From the human T2T-CHM13v2.0 reference genome, Homo sapiens, in contig CP086569.2 in assembly GCA_009914755.4 (NCBI GenBank), positions 17,440,001 to 17,504,000 of the forward strand: a stretch of 64,000 nucleotides of DNA. Direction: 5' to 3'. Below the pieces are notes generated by a model, which saw only the letters and a program-made list of their open reading frames with translations, did not search any database and had not been told where the DNA came from. Numbering within the stretch: the first letter of the stretch is position 1; each line of letters begins with the position of its first letter. This document shows positions 53,481-63,990 of this stretch, piece by piece. Position numbers and translations under genes: made by a program.

Positions 53481-54384
53481 ACCTGCACACACACACACCA
53501 CCGCCCCCCCCACCCCGCCACACACACACACACAAGCTCTCAGCCATCTTGAGCTTAGGTTTTTTGTTTGTTTTCTTTTATTATTTCCTTCACTGTGCAA
53601 CAACTTTCTGCCTCTATAATTCTGTCACATGACCTACAGCAAATTCTTGACTTGGAACATGCATTCTCCTTGACAGAGTTCTTCTCTAACTTAAATTATT
53701 CACAGCACATACAGGAATTTTAGAATAATAATTCACATATACGCACACATATAAAGAGAGGGACATAAGTTGCTGTATGTTGTTTATCTCAAACTCGGCT
53801 TTTCCCTCCTTAAATTCACTATATACTCATTTTCAGGTTTTCAGTAAAGCAGTCCTTTTCTATAATTTATCACATAAGTTTCCTAGAAACTCTTCATGCC
53901 TCACCTAAGAACAATCTAAGACATACAATATAAAGCTAAGAAATTATCTCCATTCTATATACTGGCTGGTTTCTCATTCACACCTCTTGTGTCATCCAAA
54001 TTTAACACATATTACTTAAAAGATGTTACCATAAGTTCTGGCTACATAAGGCCTCTTCAGATTTTCAACACGTGGAGTTACCAGGGTCTTTGCAAGCCTA
54101 TGCCTCTATGATTTTACTGTACCTTTGCCATCTATTTTATTTTAGTGTTATCTACTTGAAATATACATGACCAAGCCAATCCACTAGCCTTTAAAAGCAG
54201 TCAGTTTAATGGAAAGTGAGAGGGAAAATTAAAGTTAAATTGTTTGTTTTATATTATAGAAAGGACAATAGATATGGGGTAATATCATCATTTTGCTATC
54301 AAGTCTCAAAAAGTTCAATTCAAACTCCATTTTTGATACAGAAATTTTGGTACATATTTATGAATCAAGTTGCCATTTAAATGA

Positions 54385-54632
<248 letters not shown>

Positions 54633-56124
54633 TAATAGATACGGATGGCCCAATCATTATGGAATGATCTTAAATGGGAACACATATGGGGAGAAAAGTG
54701 TGGATCTAATGAGGAAATTAGCATGTGAGTGGATAGAAAAGTGTCAGTGTTTGATAATACAGAAAAAGGTAACAAACCTAGAAGGGATTTGAAAGGTCAC
54801 ACAGATTTTGTGGAACCACAGACTAAACGAGGTGAAAACAATAATGACAGCTTTTGCTTGTTCACTGCTATAGGAGTGAGGCTAAGCAGAATTTCTGTGG
54901 GTTTTGACAAAGGCCATGCATATGAGGCCATCCTCATGAATTGTGTCATACTCAGTGGCCCTGGCAAAATGATAGGGCTTATACAATGAAGAGGCAAACT
55001 CATGATATTAGCATGCAGTGAAAGAAGGCAGAGTGATCTGAGGTCCCCAGATCTCACCAGGAGGGGCACAGGTGGGCATTCAGAGATCAGACAATGAAAT
55101 CATAAGTTGAGGAGATTTGTTCTGGACATGACAGGATGAACTGAGTCTAGGGGTCATGACAGGCTGAGTCCTGCTTCCCCAGAACACCCAACCTCCAACA
55201 CCGAACATTGGTTATCATCAGTGTCAGTAAGGGATTGACTCTTTGTGAATCAGTCTTGATCCTAGAAATCCAGGGAATTTCAATGAACAGAAAACTGAAT
55301 CCTAACAGAATATAGGTGGCATACAAGCCAAGAAAAATTCCTTTGTGATTTTTCTAATCCACTTAGGGTAAAAAGTGTTTCATCATTACAAGACAATCCA
55401 TGATTATAACTCAACACATAATCATTTTTATGAATGTTCTCATAGGTCCCTGTTCAATCCAAGCATTTATGATTAACTGATTTAATTAGAGTATTGTTCT
55501 CAATGCAGGTGTGCATGAATTGAACAGAGAGCAATCTGGTGACTTAATTGAAAGTTTTCCCCTTAAATAGAGTCATGGTCATTGATGAGTTCCTCTGGAT
55601 TCAAATAATCTAGAAAAAGATTTCCCTTCACAGTCTGGAATTCCCACTTTAAAATAAAATTACAATGGCTTTAATGGTTTAGCTTTATTGTTCTTGATTT
55701 TACAAAGGTATGCCTTTTACAAATAACTTTAAGAGTTGGATAATCATTTTTTTTTCTTATTTAGTTGGACATTGTTATAGTAGGTAGTCAACTACATTTT
55801 ACTGTCTAATAAAAACCAATCATTATATTTCTGCTTTATGTAATTTTGACATTGTCAATTCATGTGACCTACTCTCATTACTTTTGAAATAATAATACAA
55901 AAAAACTGAGAAGATAAGTGAGAAGTAAAGTCATCTTGGATAAAACTTCCAAATCATTTGACAAAGCTATAGAGCAATATTTCTTATCTCCATTTTAAAA
56001 TATACTAACAGTTTTTTTTACTAAATGGACAATAACTGTGTATATATTTTAAAACAACTGTTTAGAAGCAACAATCACTAATAAAAATGTATTTAGCTAT
56101 AAAGTAGAAGCATGTGAGATTACA

Positions 56125-56900
56125 GAACTGTTTACAAAACAAATATTTTGGTAACAGTGCCATGTTTTGGTTACTGTAGCCTCATAGTATAGTTTGGAGT
56201 CAAGTAGTATGATACCTCCAGCTTTGATCTTTTCGCTTAGGATTCTCTTGTCTATGTGGCCTCTTTCTTGATTCCATATGAAATTTAAAGTAGTTGTTTT
56301 TTCTAATTCTATGGAGTAAGTCAATAGTAGTTTGATGAGAATAGCAATGAATGTATAAATTACTCTGGGCAGTATGGCCATTTTTATGATACTTATTCTT
56401 CCTGTCCACAAGCACGGAATGTTTTTCCATTTGTTTGTGTCCTCTCTTCTTTCCTTTAGCAGCAGTTTGTAGCTCTCCTTGAAGAGGTCCTTCACATCCC
56501 TTTTTAAGTTGGAGTCCTAGGTATTTTATTCTCTTTGTAGCAATTGTGAATGGGAGTTCACTCAGGATTTGGATCTCTGATTGTCTCTTATTGGTGTACA
56601 GGAATGCTTGTGATTTTTGCACATTCACTTTGTGTCCTGATACTTTGCTGAAGTTGTTTATCAGTTTGAGGAGATTTTGGGCTGAGATGATGGGGTTTTC
56701 TAAATATATAATCATGTTTTCTGCAGAGACAATTTGACTTCCTTGCTTCCTATTTTAATACCCTTTATTTCTTTCTCTTGCCTGACTGCACTGGCCAGAA
56801 CATCCAATACTATGTTGAATAGGAGTGGTGAGAGAGGGCATCCTTGTCTTGCACGGGTTTTCAAAGGAAATGCTTCCAGTTTTTGTCCATTCACTATGAT
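56125..56900 (-). mobile_element. Inverted 5' segment of a twin-primed L1, covering ORF2 residues ~600-915 (reverse transcriptase C-terminal part), minus orientation.
   Basis: Minus-strand ORF-track peptides match L1 ORF2p. One is [49 protein letters not shown]. Another is ..[108 protein letters not shown]. The left end reads ggtaacagtgccatgttttggttactgtagcc. The right end reads ..gcttccagtttttgtccattcactatgat. Confidence 0.85.
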
Positions 56901-58146
56901 ATTGTACCAAAACAGATATATAGATCAGTGGACAGAACACAGGCCTCAGAAATAACACCTTACATCTACAACCATCTGATCTTTGAAAAACCTGACCAAA
57001 ACAAGAAATGGGGAAAGGATTCTCTATTTAATAAATATGTTTGGAAAACTGGCTAGCCATATGCAGAAAACTGAAACCAGTCCCCTTCCTTACACCTTAT
57101 ACAAAAATTAACTCAAGAGGGATTAAAGACTTAAACATAACACCTAAAAACTAGGACACAGGCATGTGTAACAACTTCATGACTAAAACGCCAAAAGAAA
57201 TGAAAACAAAATTGACAGCAGGGATCTAATTAAACTAAAGAGCCTCTGCACAGCAAAAGAAGCTATAATGAGAGTGAACTCATTGCAGAATGGGAAGAAA
57301 TTTCTGCAATCTATCCGTCTGTCAAAGGGCTATATCCAGAATCTACAAAAAACTGAAACACCTTTACAAGAAAAAAAAACAACCCCATCAAAAAGTATGC
57401 GAAGGATATAAATAGACAGTTCTCAAAAGAAGACATTTTTGCAGCCACCAAACATCTGAAAAAAAGATCATCATCACTCATCATTAGAGAAATGCAAATC
57501 AAAACCCCATTGGGATACCATCTCATGGCAGTTAGAATGGCGATCATTAAAAAGTCATGAAACAACAGATACTTGAGAGGACGTGGAGAAATAGGAACAC
57601 TTTTACACTATTGGAGGGAGTGTGAATTAGTTCAACCATTGTGGAAGACAGTGTGGCGATTCCTCAAAGATCTAGAACCATAAACACCATTTGACTCAGC
57701 AATCCCATTAATGGGTATTTACCCATGAATTACAAATCATTCTGCTATAAAGACCCCTGCACACATATGTTTACTGAGGTACTATTTACATGGCAAAGAC
57801 TTGGAACAAACTCAAATGTCCATCAATGATATGCTGAAAACCATCATTCTCAGCAAACTAACACAAGAACAGAAAATCAAACACCACATGTGCTCACTCA
57901 TAAGTGGGAGTTGAACAATGAGAAAACATACTCACAGGGAGGGGAATATCACACAATAGGGTCTGTCAGCAGTAGGGGCCTAGGAGAAGGATAGCGTTAG
58001 GAGAAATTCCTAATGTAGATGATGTGTTGTTGGGTGCAGCAAACCATCATGGTACGCGTATACCTAGGTAACAAAACTGTACATTCTGAACATGTATCCC
58101 ATAACTTAAAGTATGATTTAAAAAACCAACCAAACAAACAAAAAAC
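56901..58146 (+). mobile_element. Direct 3' segment of the same twin-primed L1 (L1PA/L1PB-age). It runs from the ORF2 C-terminal region through the 3' UTR and an A-rich tail, with small internal deletions.
   Basis: Begins attgtaccaaaacagatatatagatcagtggacagaacacaggcctcagaaataacacc, which matches L1 tggtaccaaaacagagatatagatcaatggaacagaacagagccctcagaaataatgcc. Ends ..gggtgcagcaaaccatcatggtacgcgtatacctaggtaacaaaactgtacattctgaacatgtatcccataacttaaagtatgatttaaaaaaccaaccaaacaaacaaaaaac. Confidence 0.85.
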
Positions 58147-58421
58147 AGATATTTTTTGAAATATTATAAATTCAGGAAAATGGTTACATGCTAACATGAA
58201 TCACAAGTAGAAAGACATTCAGTGAGAAGATTCCTAATGTTACATGATGTTGTACTTACGTGTCACCAAATTATTTAATGGAATCTATGGTAGTCAGTAG
58301 AAATAGTTAAGCTAGTATATTGCTATTAAAATGTTGATATCAGTGAATATACATGCATACATTCACATACATGCATTAGGGAAATACATTATGCAAAACT
58401 ATTTAGAGACATAAAAATGAC

Positions 58422-58800
58422 TGTATTATTCTTTTCTCATATTGCTATAAAGAACTACCTTGACTGGGTAGTTTCTGGAAAAAAGAGGTTTAACTGACCC
58501 ACAGTTTCACAGGCTACACAGGAAGCATCATTGTGGAGTTCTCAGGAAACTTACAGTCATGATAGAAGGTGTAGAGGAGCAAGCACCTTCTCTGCAACAT
58601 GGCAGGAGAGAGAGAGAGAGAGAAGAGGAAGGTGCCACACACTTTTTAAACAACCAGATCTCCTGAGAACTCTATCATGACACACCACTAGGGATATATT
58701 CCTAAATCATTGGAAACCACACTCATGGTCCAATCTCCTCCCAAAAGACTCCACCTCTAACATTGAGAATTATAATTCAGCATGATATTTTAGTGTGGAC
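58422..58800 (-). mobile_element. THE1-like MaLR LTR, minus orientation, with an internal (GA)n.
   Basis: ctgtattattcttttctcatattgctataaagaactaccttgactgggtagtttctggaaaaaagaggtttaactgacccacagtttcacaggc..acttacagtcatgatagaagg..(ag)n..ccacacactttttaaacaaccagatctcctgagaactc. Confidence 0.5.
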
Positions 58801-58934
58801 ACAGATAAACCACATCAGTGACTTGGCAGATTTTTTTCACTCTGATATTCAAGATGTTTGCCATCAAGGTAGCTAATGCCAGGTGTAATTATTACCAGAA
58901 TTGTTTTCCTTAAAGAACTATTGAATTTTTTTTG

Positions 58935-58985
58935 TTAATTTATTATTATTATACTTTAAGTTTTATGGTACATGTGCATTTAAAT
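58935..58985 (-). mobile_element. Tiny L1 3'-end fragment (rc).
   Basis: tattattattatactttaagttttatggtacatgtgcatt. Confidence 0.4.
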
Positions 58986-59770
58986 GATGTAGTTGTGTCA
59001 AACTATAGACCAGAAATACATGTTTCTTTCAAATCAAAAAGTTTAGACATCATTTAAAGACACCATATTCTTGCAACCTGGGTCATTGGGTAAAATGTGA
59101 TTTTACTAAAATACTTTTTTTTGGCCTTTTGGGCTATATATCAAGTGAAATAAAAGTGCTTTCTTAAAATAGAACAGCTTCACTCTTGGTTAAAACAAAC
59201 ATCTTGTTTATGTCGTAACTGTTTTGTCCATTATTTTTGCTTATTGTTTCATCGATTATTTGTCAATTGTTTTATTTAACTATTCTTCAGATGAGTAATA
59301 TAATTAATATTAGAGTCTAAATTGTCTCATTATTAAAAAGGAAACATGATCTTAAAACTCTATCAGTCTTAATTAGACTTAATAGAACAAATTCATACCA
59401 CATAATAACCTAAGTTATCTCTGCTTTCCAATGTTAGAGAATTTTAAAATGTAATTTGCAAGGAGGTAATGTATTATTTGTGCTACCATGGGAAACGTAC
59501 TGCTAGCTTTCTGGTAAAATTGCAAATACAACACATTAAATAGATATAATATCAACAGTTCATAATTGTTAAGGACAAAGTGATGATTTAACTTCACTTT
59601 GGTTTTTAGGTTTGAATGTCAGATACAAAAACATTTTGGCCTGTGAATTTGAATTTGCTCAACTTTTGATATTTTGGGGGAATTTGAATAAATATTTCCA
59701 TGAAAGTTTCAAGTAAAGTGCCACGAATCTTTGCACACCAATCACTGCCTTGTCAGGGTGCTGTGATACA

Positions 59771-59808
59771 GCAAGATTTATTTATTTATTTATTTATTTA
59801 TTTATTAT
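59771..59808. repeat. (TTTA)n microsatellite of about 9 units.
   Basis: Seen directly in the sequence. Confidence 0.9.
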
Positions 59809-60235
59809 TGATACAGCAGTGCTGCTCCACTGGCTGTGTTCTTGAAAGTGAAGGCTGGTTATTCCATTCTGACACAAACTGATAAATAACACTTATGCGT
59901 TTTGCCATGGAACTTCTTCAAGAAGATAGATATGATCTCTGCATCAGCTCAAACTTACCAGCCCAAGGGAAGTTGAGACATATCTATGTTCCTGCAGAAC
60001 TTGAGTCTGGTTGAAGTTCAGACACACCTGGATGAAAGTGAAATGCACTAGGATAGTGCAATAGGTGCATCATGAACTGGTAATCAACAGCCTTACCATC
60101 ACCATATGTGGGGCATGTGATTATGTATGTACACTTGAATTTGGCCTTTTTAAAAAATCTGTAGACTGTGTGTGAGGGAGGAGATGTTCTCCATTTCCCT
60201 GAATCCTTAGCATTTCTCCCAAAGTAGAGAGTGGA

Positions 60236-60470
60236 AATCCTGGGCTCAATCAGTTCTCTTACCTCAGCCTCCCCAGTAGCTAGGACTACATACTAATCTT
60301 TAAAAAATATTTTAAAATTAGGCACACTTGGCTAATGTTTAAATATTTTTTGTAGAGACAGTGTTTCACTACATTGCCTGGACTGGCCTAGAACTCCTGG
60401 GCTCAAGTTATCTTCCCACCTTGGCATTCCACAGTCCTTGGATTACAGGTATAAGTCACTGTACCCAGCC
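60236..60470 (-). mobile_element. Old, partial Alu (diverged), minus orientation.
   Basis: tcctgggctcaatcagttctcttacctcagcctccccagtagctaggactaca..ttttttgtagagacagtgtttcactacattgcctggactggcctagaactcctgggctcaagttatcttcccaccttggc..ggattacaggtataagtcactgtacccagcc. Confidence 0.8.
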
Positions 60471-61400
60471 AATATCTTAATTATAAAAAGCTAATTGCAG
60501 CTTTCTAAAAAGTGAGACAGTCATCAAGGTGATGCAATATACTAATTTTTGTATATATGTTGGTCAGTGTTTATTTTCAAAGCAATGGAATGAAAGGAAA
60601 ATGGTGGCATTATCAATTAGGCATTTTTAAGGGGTAGCTTACTGATTACTTCCATTAGATTCACCTGATAGCTTTTATATATACAGTTTATTAGCTCCAC
60701 TTTAGATCTGCTGTACCTGAAATACTGAAGAATGAATGGTTCACATAGGCCTGCATGCTTAAGAAGCATGATATACATGCCAAGTTTAGAGAGATGTAAA
60801 TCTTAAGCAGTCACGGGTAGCATTGGAAATCAATGCCCAAAGTTCTGCATGACCTCCTTGTGTCCAGAATCAGCTCCCAAATGTGGGAAAGTGGTAGAAA
60901 ACAACGTGTTGACTCTTGTGAGGGAGGTTATATCTCCTGAAGATTTGAAACTTCAAGACTCCAGCCAAGGAGACTGGAGATAAAAATTATTCCTCTAAAC
61001 CAGGAAGGGAAAACAGAGTAGCAAGCAAATGTAAGGTCTTGGAAAATACAGATGAAAGGGCAGTATTTTATGGGAAGTTTCTCTAGAGGGAGTTGTGATT
61101 TGCATCAGCCAGGCACACAAAGTTGGAAAAGATCATGTCAACATGAACTTAAACTTGAAGTTAAGCAGAATTACCAGGGACTTTATGGAATTTAGGATAA
61201 AGAAGGATGGGTTAAAAAGTCTGTAATCAGATGCAAGACCACTAAGGACCATTCTTACTCCTGTTGCAGGGTGGGTGTGATACATACATGGGAAGATGGC
61301 AGTGGGAATATGGAGGGTTCCACCTCATGTTTCAGATCTGTAGTGAAGAGTTTCCTGTTTAATCTATCAAAATTGTGCATGACAAAAATCAGTGAGTCTT

Positions 61401-61549
61401 GATGGTGGGCACCTATAGTCTCAGCTACTTGGGAGGCTAAGGTGAGAATATTGCTAGATTCCAGGAGGTCAAGGTTGCAGTGAGCCAATATCATGTCATT
61501 GCAGTCCAACATGAGCAACAGAGAAAGACCCTTTCTCAAAAAAAAAAAG
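61401..61549 (+). mobile_element. Free Alu right monomer (FRAM-like or truncated Alu) with an A-tail.
   Basis: gatggtgggcacctatagtctcagctacttgggaggctaaggtgagaatattgctagattccaggaggtcaaggttgcagtgagccaatatcatgtcattgcagtccaacatgagcaacagagaaagaccctttctcaaaaaaaaaaa. Confidence 0.7.
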
Positions 61550-61727
61550 GGGGGGTAGAGGGGTTCCCAAAAAACATTTTTTTTCTTAATGGGCAAAGAA
61601 AAACTGAGTTAAGATCTTGCTCCTATAGAAGAGGTAGGCTTCAAAATTTACTTTACTTGGCAGCTTTTTCCCGGTAGGAAAGACAGCTTTATGAGGCAAA
61701 AAGGTCATTTACATAAAAATAAACCTG
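61550..61727 (+). repeat. Copy 1 of a ~180-210 bp locally duplicated segment that abuts an Alu 5' end. Copy 2 is at 63297-63505.
   Basis: gggttcccaaaaaacattttttttcttaatgggcaaagaaaaactgagttaagatcttgctcctatagaagaggtaggcttcaaaatttactttacttggcagctttttcccggtaggaaagacagctttatgaggcaaaaaggtcatttacataaaaataaacctgg is ~80% identical to 63320-63505. Confidence 0.65.
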
Positions 61728-61759
61728 GGGCCAGCCACGGTGGCTCACACCTGTAATCC

Positions 61760-62667
61760 TTACAGGTGAAGCCAGCTGGACTTCCTGGGTCAAGTGGGGA
61801 CTGGGAGAACTTTTATGTCTAGCTAAAGGATTGTAAAGGCATCAATCAACACTCCATAAACATGCACCAATCAGCACTCTGTTTCTGGCTAAAGGATTGT
61901 AAATGCACCAATCAGCTTGCTGTAAAAATGCACCATTTAGCACTGTTTAGCTAAAGGATTGTAAATGCAGCAATCAGCACTCTGTAAAAATGCACCAATC
62001 AGCACTCTATGTTTAGCTAAAGGATTGTAAACGCACCAATCAGCACTCTGTATAATAGACCAGTCAGTGCTCTGTAAAATGGACCAATCAGCAGGCTGTG
62101 GGCGGGGCCAAATAAGGGAATAAAAGCTGGCCAGCGGAGCCAGCAGCAGCAGCCTGCTGTGGTCCACTTCCATTCTGTGGGAGCTTTGTACTTTCACTCT
62201 TCACAATAAATCTTGCTGCTGCTCACTCTTTGGGTCTGCACTACTTTTATGAGCTGTAACACTCACCGCCAGGGTCTGCGGCTTCATTCCTGAAGTCAGT
62301 GAGACCACGAACCCACCGGGAGGAACCAGCAATGCCAGACATGCCACCTTGAAGACTTGCTCCTCCCTGTCTCTGCCATTATTGTGAGGCCTCTCCAGCC
62401 ATGTGGAACTGTGAGTCCATAAATCTCTTTCCTGTATGTGTATGTGTGTGTGTATGTGTGTATATATATATATATGAAACCATGATAAGTCAGTGAGACC
62501 AGGAACCCACTGGGAGGAAGAAACTCCAGACACATCTCAACAGCTGAAGGAACAAACTCCAGACACACCATCTTTAAGAGCTATAGCACTCACAACGAAA
62601 GTCCATGGCTTCATTCTTGAAGTCAGCAAGACCAAGAACCCATCTGAAGGAACCAACTCTGGACACA
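61760..62667 (+). mobile_element. Solo LTR of ERV9/LTR12 type (family from memory). The U3 carries ~5 tandem ~40-bp repeats with CCAAT boxes, then a GC box and a TATA-like element, then R with a poly(A) signal, then U5 72-bp-type repeats.
   Basis: There are 5 units of aaaggattgtaaatgcaccaatcagcactctgt. These are followed by gctgtgggcggggccaaataagggaataaaagctggcc and ..gagctttgtactttcactcttcacaataaatcttgctgctgctcactctttgggtc..ttttatgagctgtaacactcaccgccagggtctgcggcttcattcctgaagtcagtgagaccacgaacccaccgggaggaac. The pattern recurs at 62477-62667. Confidence 0.6.
62335..62476 (+). repeat. ~100-bp THE1-like fragment plus a (TG)n(TA)n microsatellite embedded in the LTR12 U5 repeat region.
   Basis: gccaccttgaagacttgctcctccctgtctctgccattattgtgaggcctctccagccatgtggaactgtgagtccataaatctctttcctgtatgtgtatgtgtgtgtgtatgtgtgtatatatatatatatg. 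The LTR12-type repeat (gtcagtgagacca[c/g]gaacccac[c/t]gggagga) lies on both sides. Confidence 0.55.
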
Positions 62668-63296
62668 ATCCCAGTGCTTTGGAAGGCCCAGGCAGGTGGA
62701 TCACCTGAGGTCAGAAGTTCAATACCAGCCTGGTCAACATGGTGAAACCCTGTCTTTACTAAATATACAAAAATTAGCCAGGCATGATGGCGGGGACCTA
62801 TAATCCCAGCTACTCAGGAGGCTGAGGCAGAATTGCTTGAATCCACGAGGCGGAGGTTGCAGTGAGCCCAGATTGTGACATTGCGATTCAACCTGGGCAA
62901 CAAGAGCAAAACTTCGTCTCAAAAAACAAACAAACTAAAAACCCGTCAACAATATCCTTGAATATGAAAGAGGACAGAGTTTTTTATTTGAAAGACATAA
63001 CCTGGTACTCTATTGAGAAAAATAACTCTGTAACTTTACCATGAAACAACAAAAAAAAATTTGATTCAATTGCACTACTTAGCATCTCTTGCAATTATAA
63101 AAGCATCACTATTAAGATATTGTGTCTTTATCACATGATGTACTTTCTTTGACGTGTCTGTGGCTATTGCAGACTTAACACTGACATTTTATATTGTAAA
63201 TTGTGCTTTAGTATAGTAGCATAGTTGTAGCAATGCAATGAAATATAATTTTTTTAATGGACTTTTCCCAAAAGTCCATTTAAGTGTACTTTTTCT

Positions 63297-63505
63297 CAAA
63301 AAAGAAAGTGGGGAGAGGGGTGTCGAAAAGGATTGTTTTTTTCTTAATGGGCAGGGAAAGATGGGCTTAAGTTCTTGCTCCCGTAGAAGAGGTAGAGGAA
63401 TAAGGAATAGAAAAGAAGCTTCAAAATTTATCTTATATGGCAGGTTTTTCTGGGTAGGAAAGAGAGCTTCATGATACACACTGGTCATTTACTCAAAAAT
63501 AACAG
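63297..63505 (+). repeat. Copy 2 of the locally duplicated ~200-bp segment. It also abuts an Alu 5' end and carries an extra ~25-bp insert (gaggaataaggaatagaaaagaa).
   Basis: ..ggattgtttttttcttaatgggcagggaaagatgggcttaagttcttgctcccgtagaagaggtagaggaataaggaatagaaaagaagcttcaaaatttatcttatatggcaggtttttctgggtaggaaagagagcttcatgatacacactggtcatttactcaaaaataacagg. Confidence 0.65.
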
Positions 63506-63990
63506 GCTGGGCACCGTGGCTCACGCCTGTAATCCCAGCACTTGTGGAGGGTGAGGCATGTGGATCACGAGGTCAGGAGATCCAGACTATTCTGGATAAC
63601 ATGGTGAAACCTCGTCTCTACTAAAAATACAAAATATGTGTGTGTGTATGTATATATATATACACACACAGATATACACATATATATACACACATATGCA
63701 CCCATACATATATACACACATGCATACATAGATATACACAAATACATACATATACATATATACACACACGCACATATATATGTATATATCCGGGCGTGGT
63801 GTGGGCACCTGTAAGTCCCAGCTACTCGGGAGGCTGAGGCAGGAGAATGGCTGAGGCAGGAGAATGGCTAAGGCAGGAGAATGGAGTGAACAAGGGAGAT
63901 GAAGCTTGCAGTGAGCCGATATCGTGCCACTACACTCCAGCCTGGGTGACAGAGCGAGACTCCGTCTCAAAAAAAAAATAAAAATAGAAA
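63506..63990 (+). mobile_element. Alu, plus orientation, with two unusual features. A ~160-bp (TATACA/TG/TA)n microsatellite (63632-63790) replaces the A-rich mid-linker. There is also a 3x tandem repeat of the 17-mer gaggcaggagaatggct (63836-63886).
   Basis: Begins ggctgggcaccgtggctcacgcctgtaatcccagcacttgtggagggtgaggcatgtggatcacgaggtcaggagatc..ggtgaaacctcgtctctactaaaaatacaaaa. Then the microsatellite. Then ccgggcgtggtgtgggcacctgtaagtcccagctactcgggaggctgaggcaggagaatggctgaggcaggagaatggctaaggcaggagaatggagtgaac..gcactccagcctgggtgacagagcgagactccgtctcaaaaaaaaaa. Confidence 0.9.

Larger units (their letters stand above)
61728..62941 (+). mobile_element. Alu (plus orientation) split at about Alu position 30 by the LTR insertion. 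The 5' piece is 61728-61759 and the remainder is 62668-62941.
   Basis: The left piece ggccagccacggtggctcacacctgtaatcc and the right piece atcccagtgctttggaaggcccaggcaggtggatcacctgaggtcagaagttcaa...caaaaaacaaacaaactaaaaac are collinear Alu sequence. The pentamer aatcc/atccc is duplicated at the junctions. Confidence 0.85.

Noticed and set aside
53110-53619. The longest ORFs in the track: 169 aa on the plus strand (SLSLSPSLFL...) and 151 aa and 121 aa on the minus strand (RERERE/KRK-rich).
   Set aside because: These are translations of a CT/GA homopolymeric low-complexity tract. There is no complexity, no start context and the composition is repeat-driven. They are not genes.
56097-56894. Minus-strand ORFs of 132, 171 and 60 aa with reverse-transcriptase-like sequence.
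   Set aside because: They are L1 ORF2p remnants inside the inverted segment of the twin-primed L1. They are not a host gene or a novel RT system.
58180-58270. A possible second small L1 3'-UTR fragment (gagaagattcctaatgttacatgatgttgtacttacgtgtcacc) just downstream of the twin-primed L1 tail.
   Set aside because: The similarity to gagaaattcctaatgtagatgatgtgttgttgggtgcagc is too short and weak to call. It may be a tail-region duplication or coincidence.
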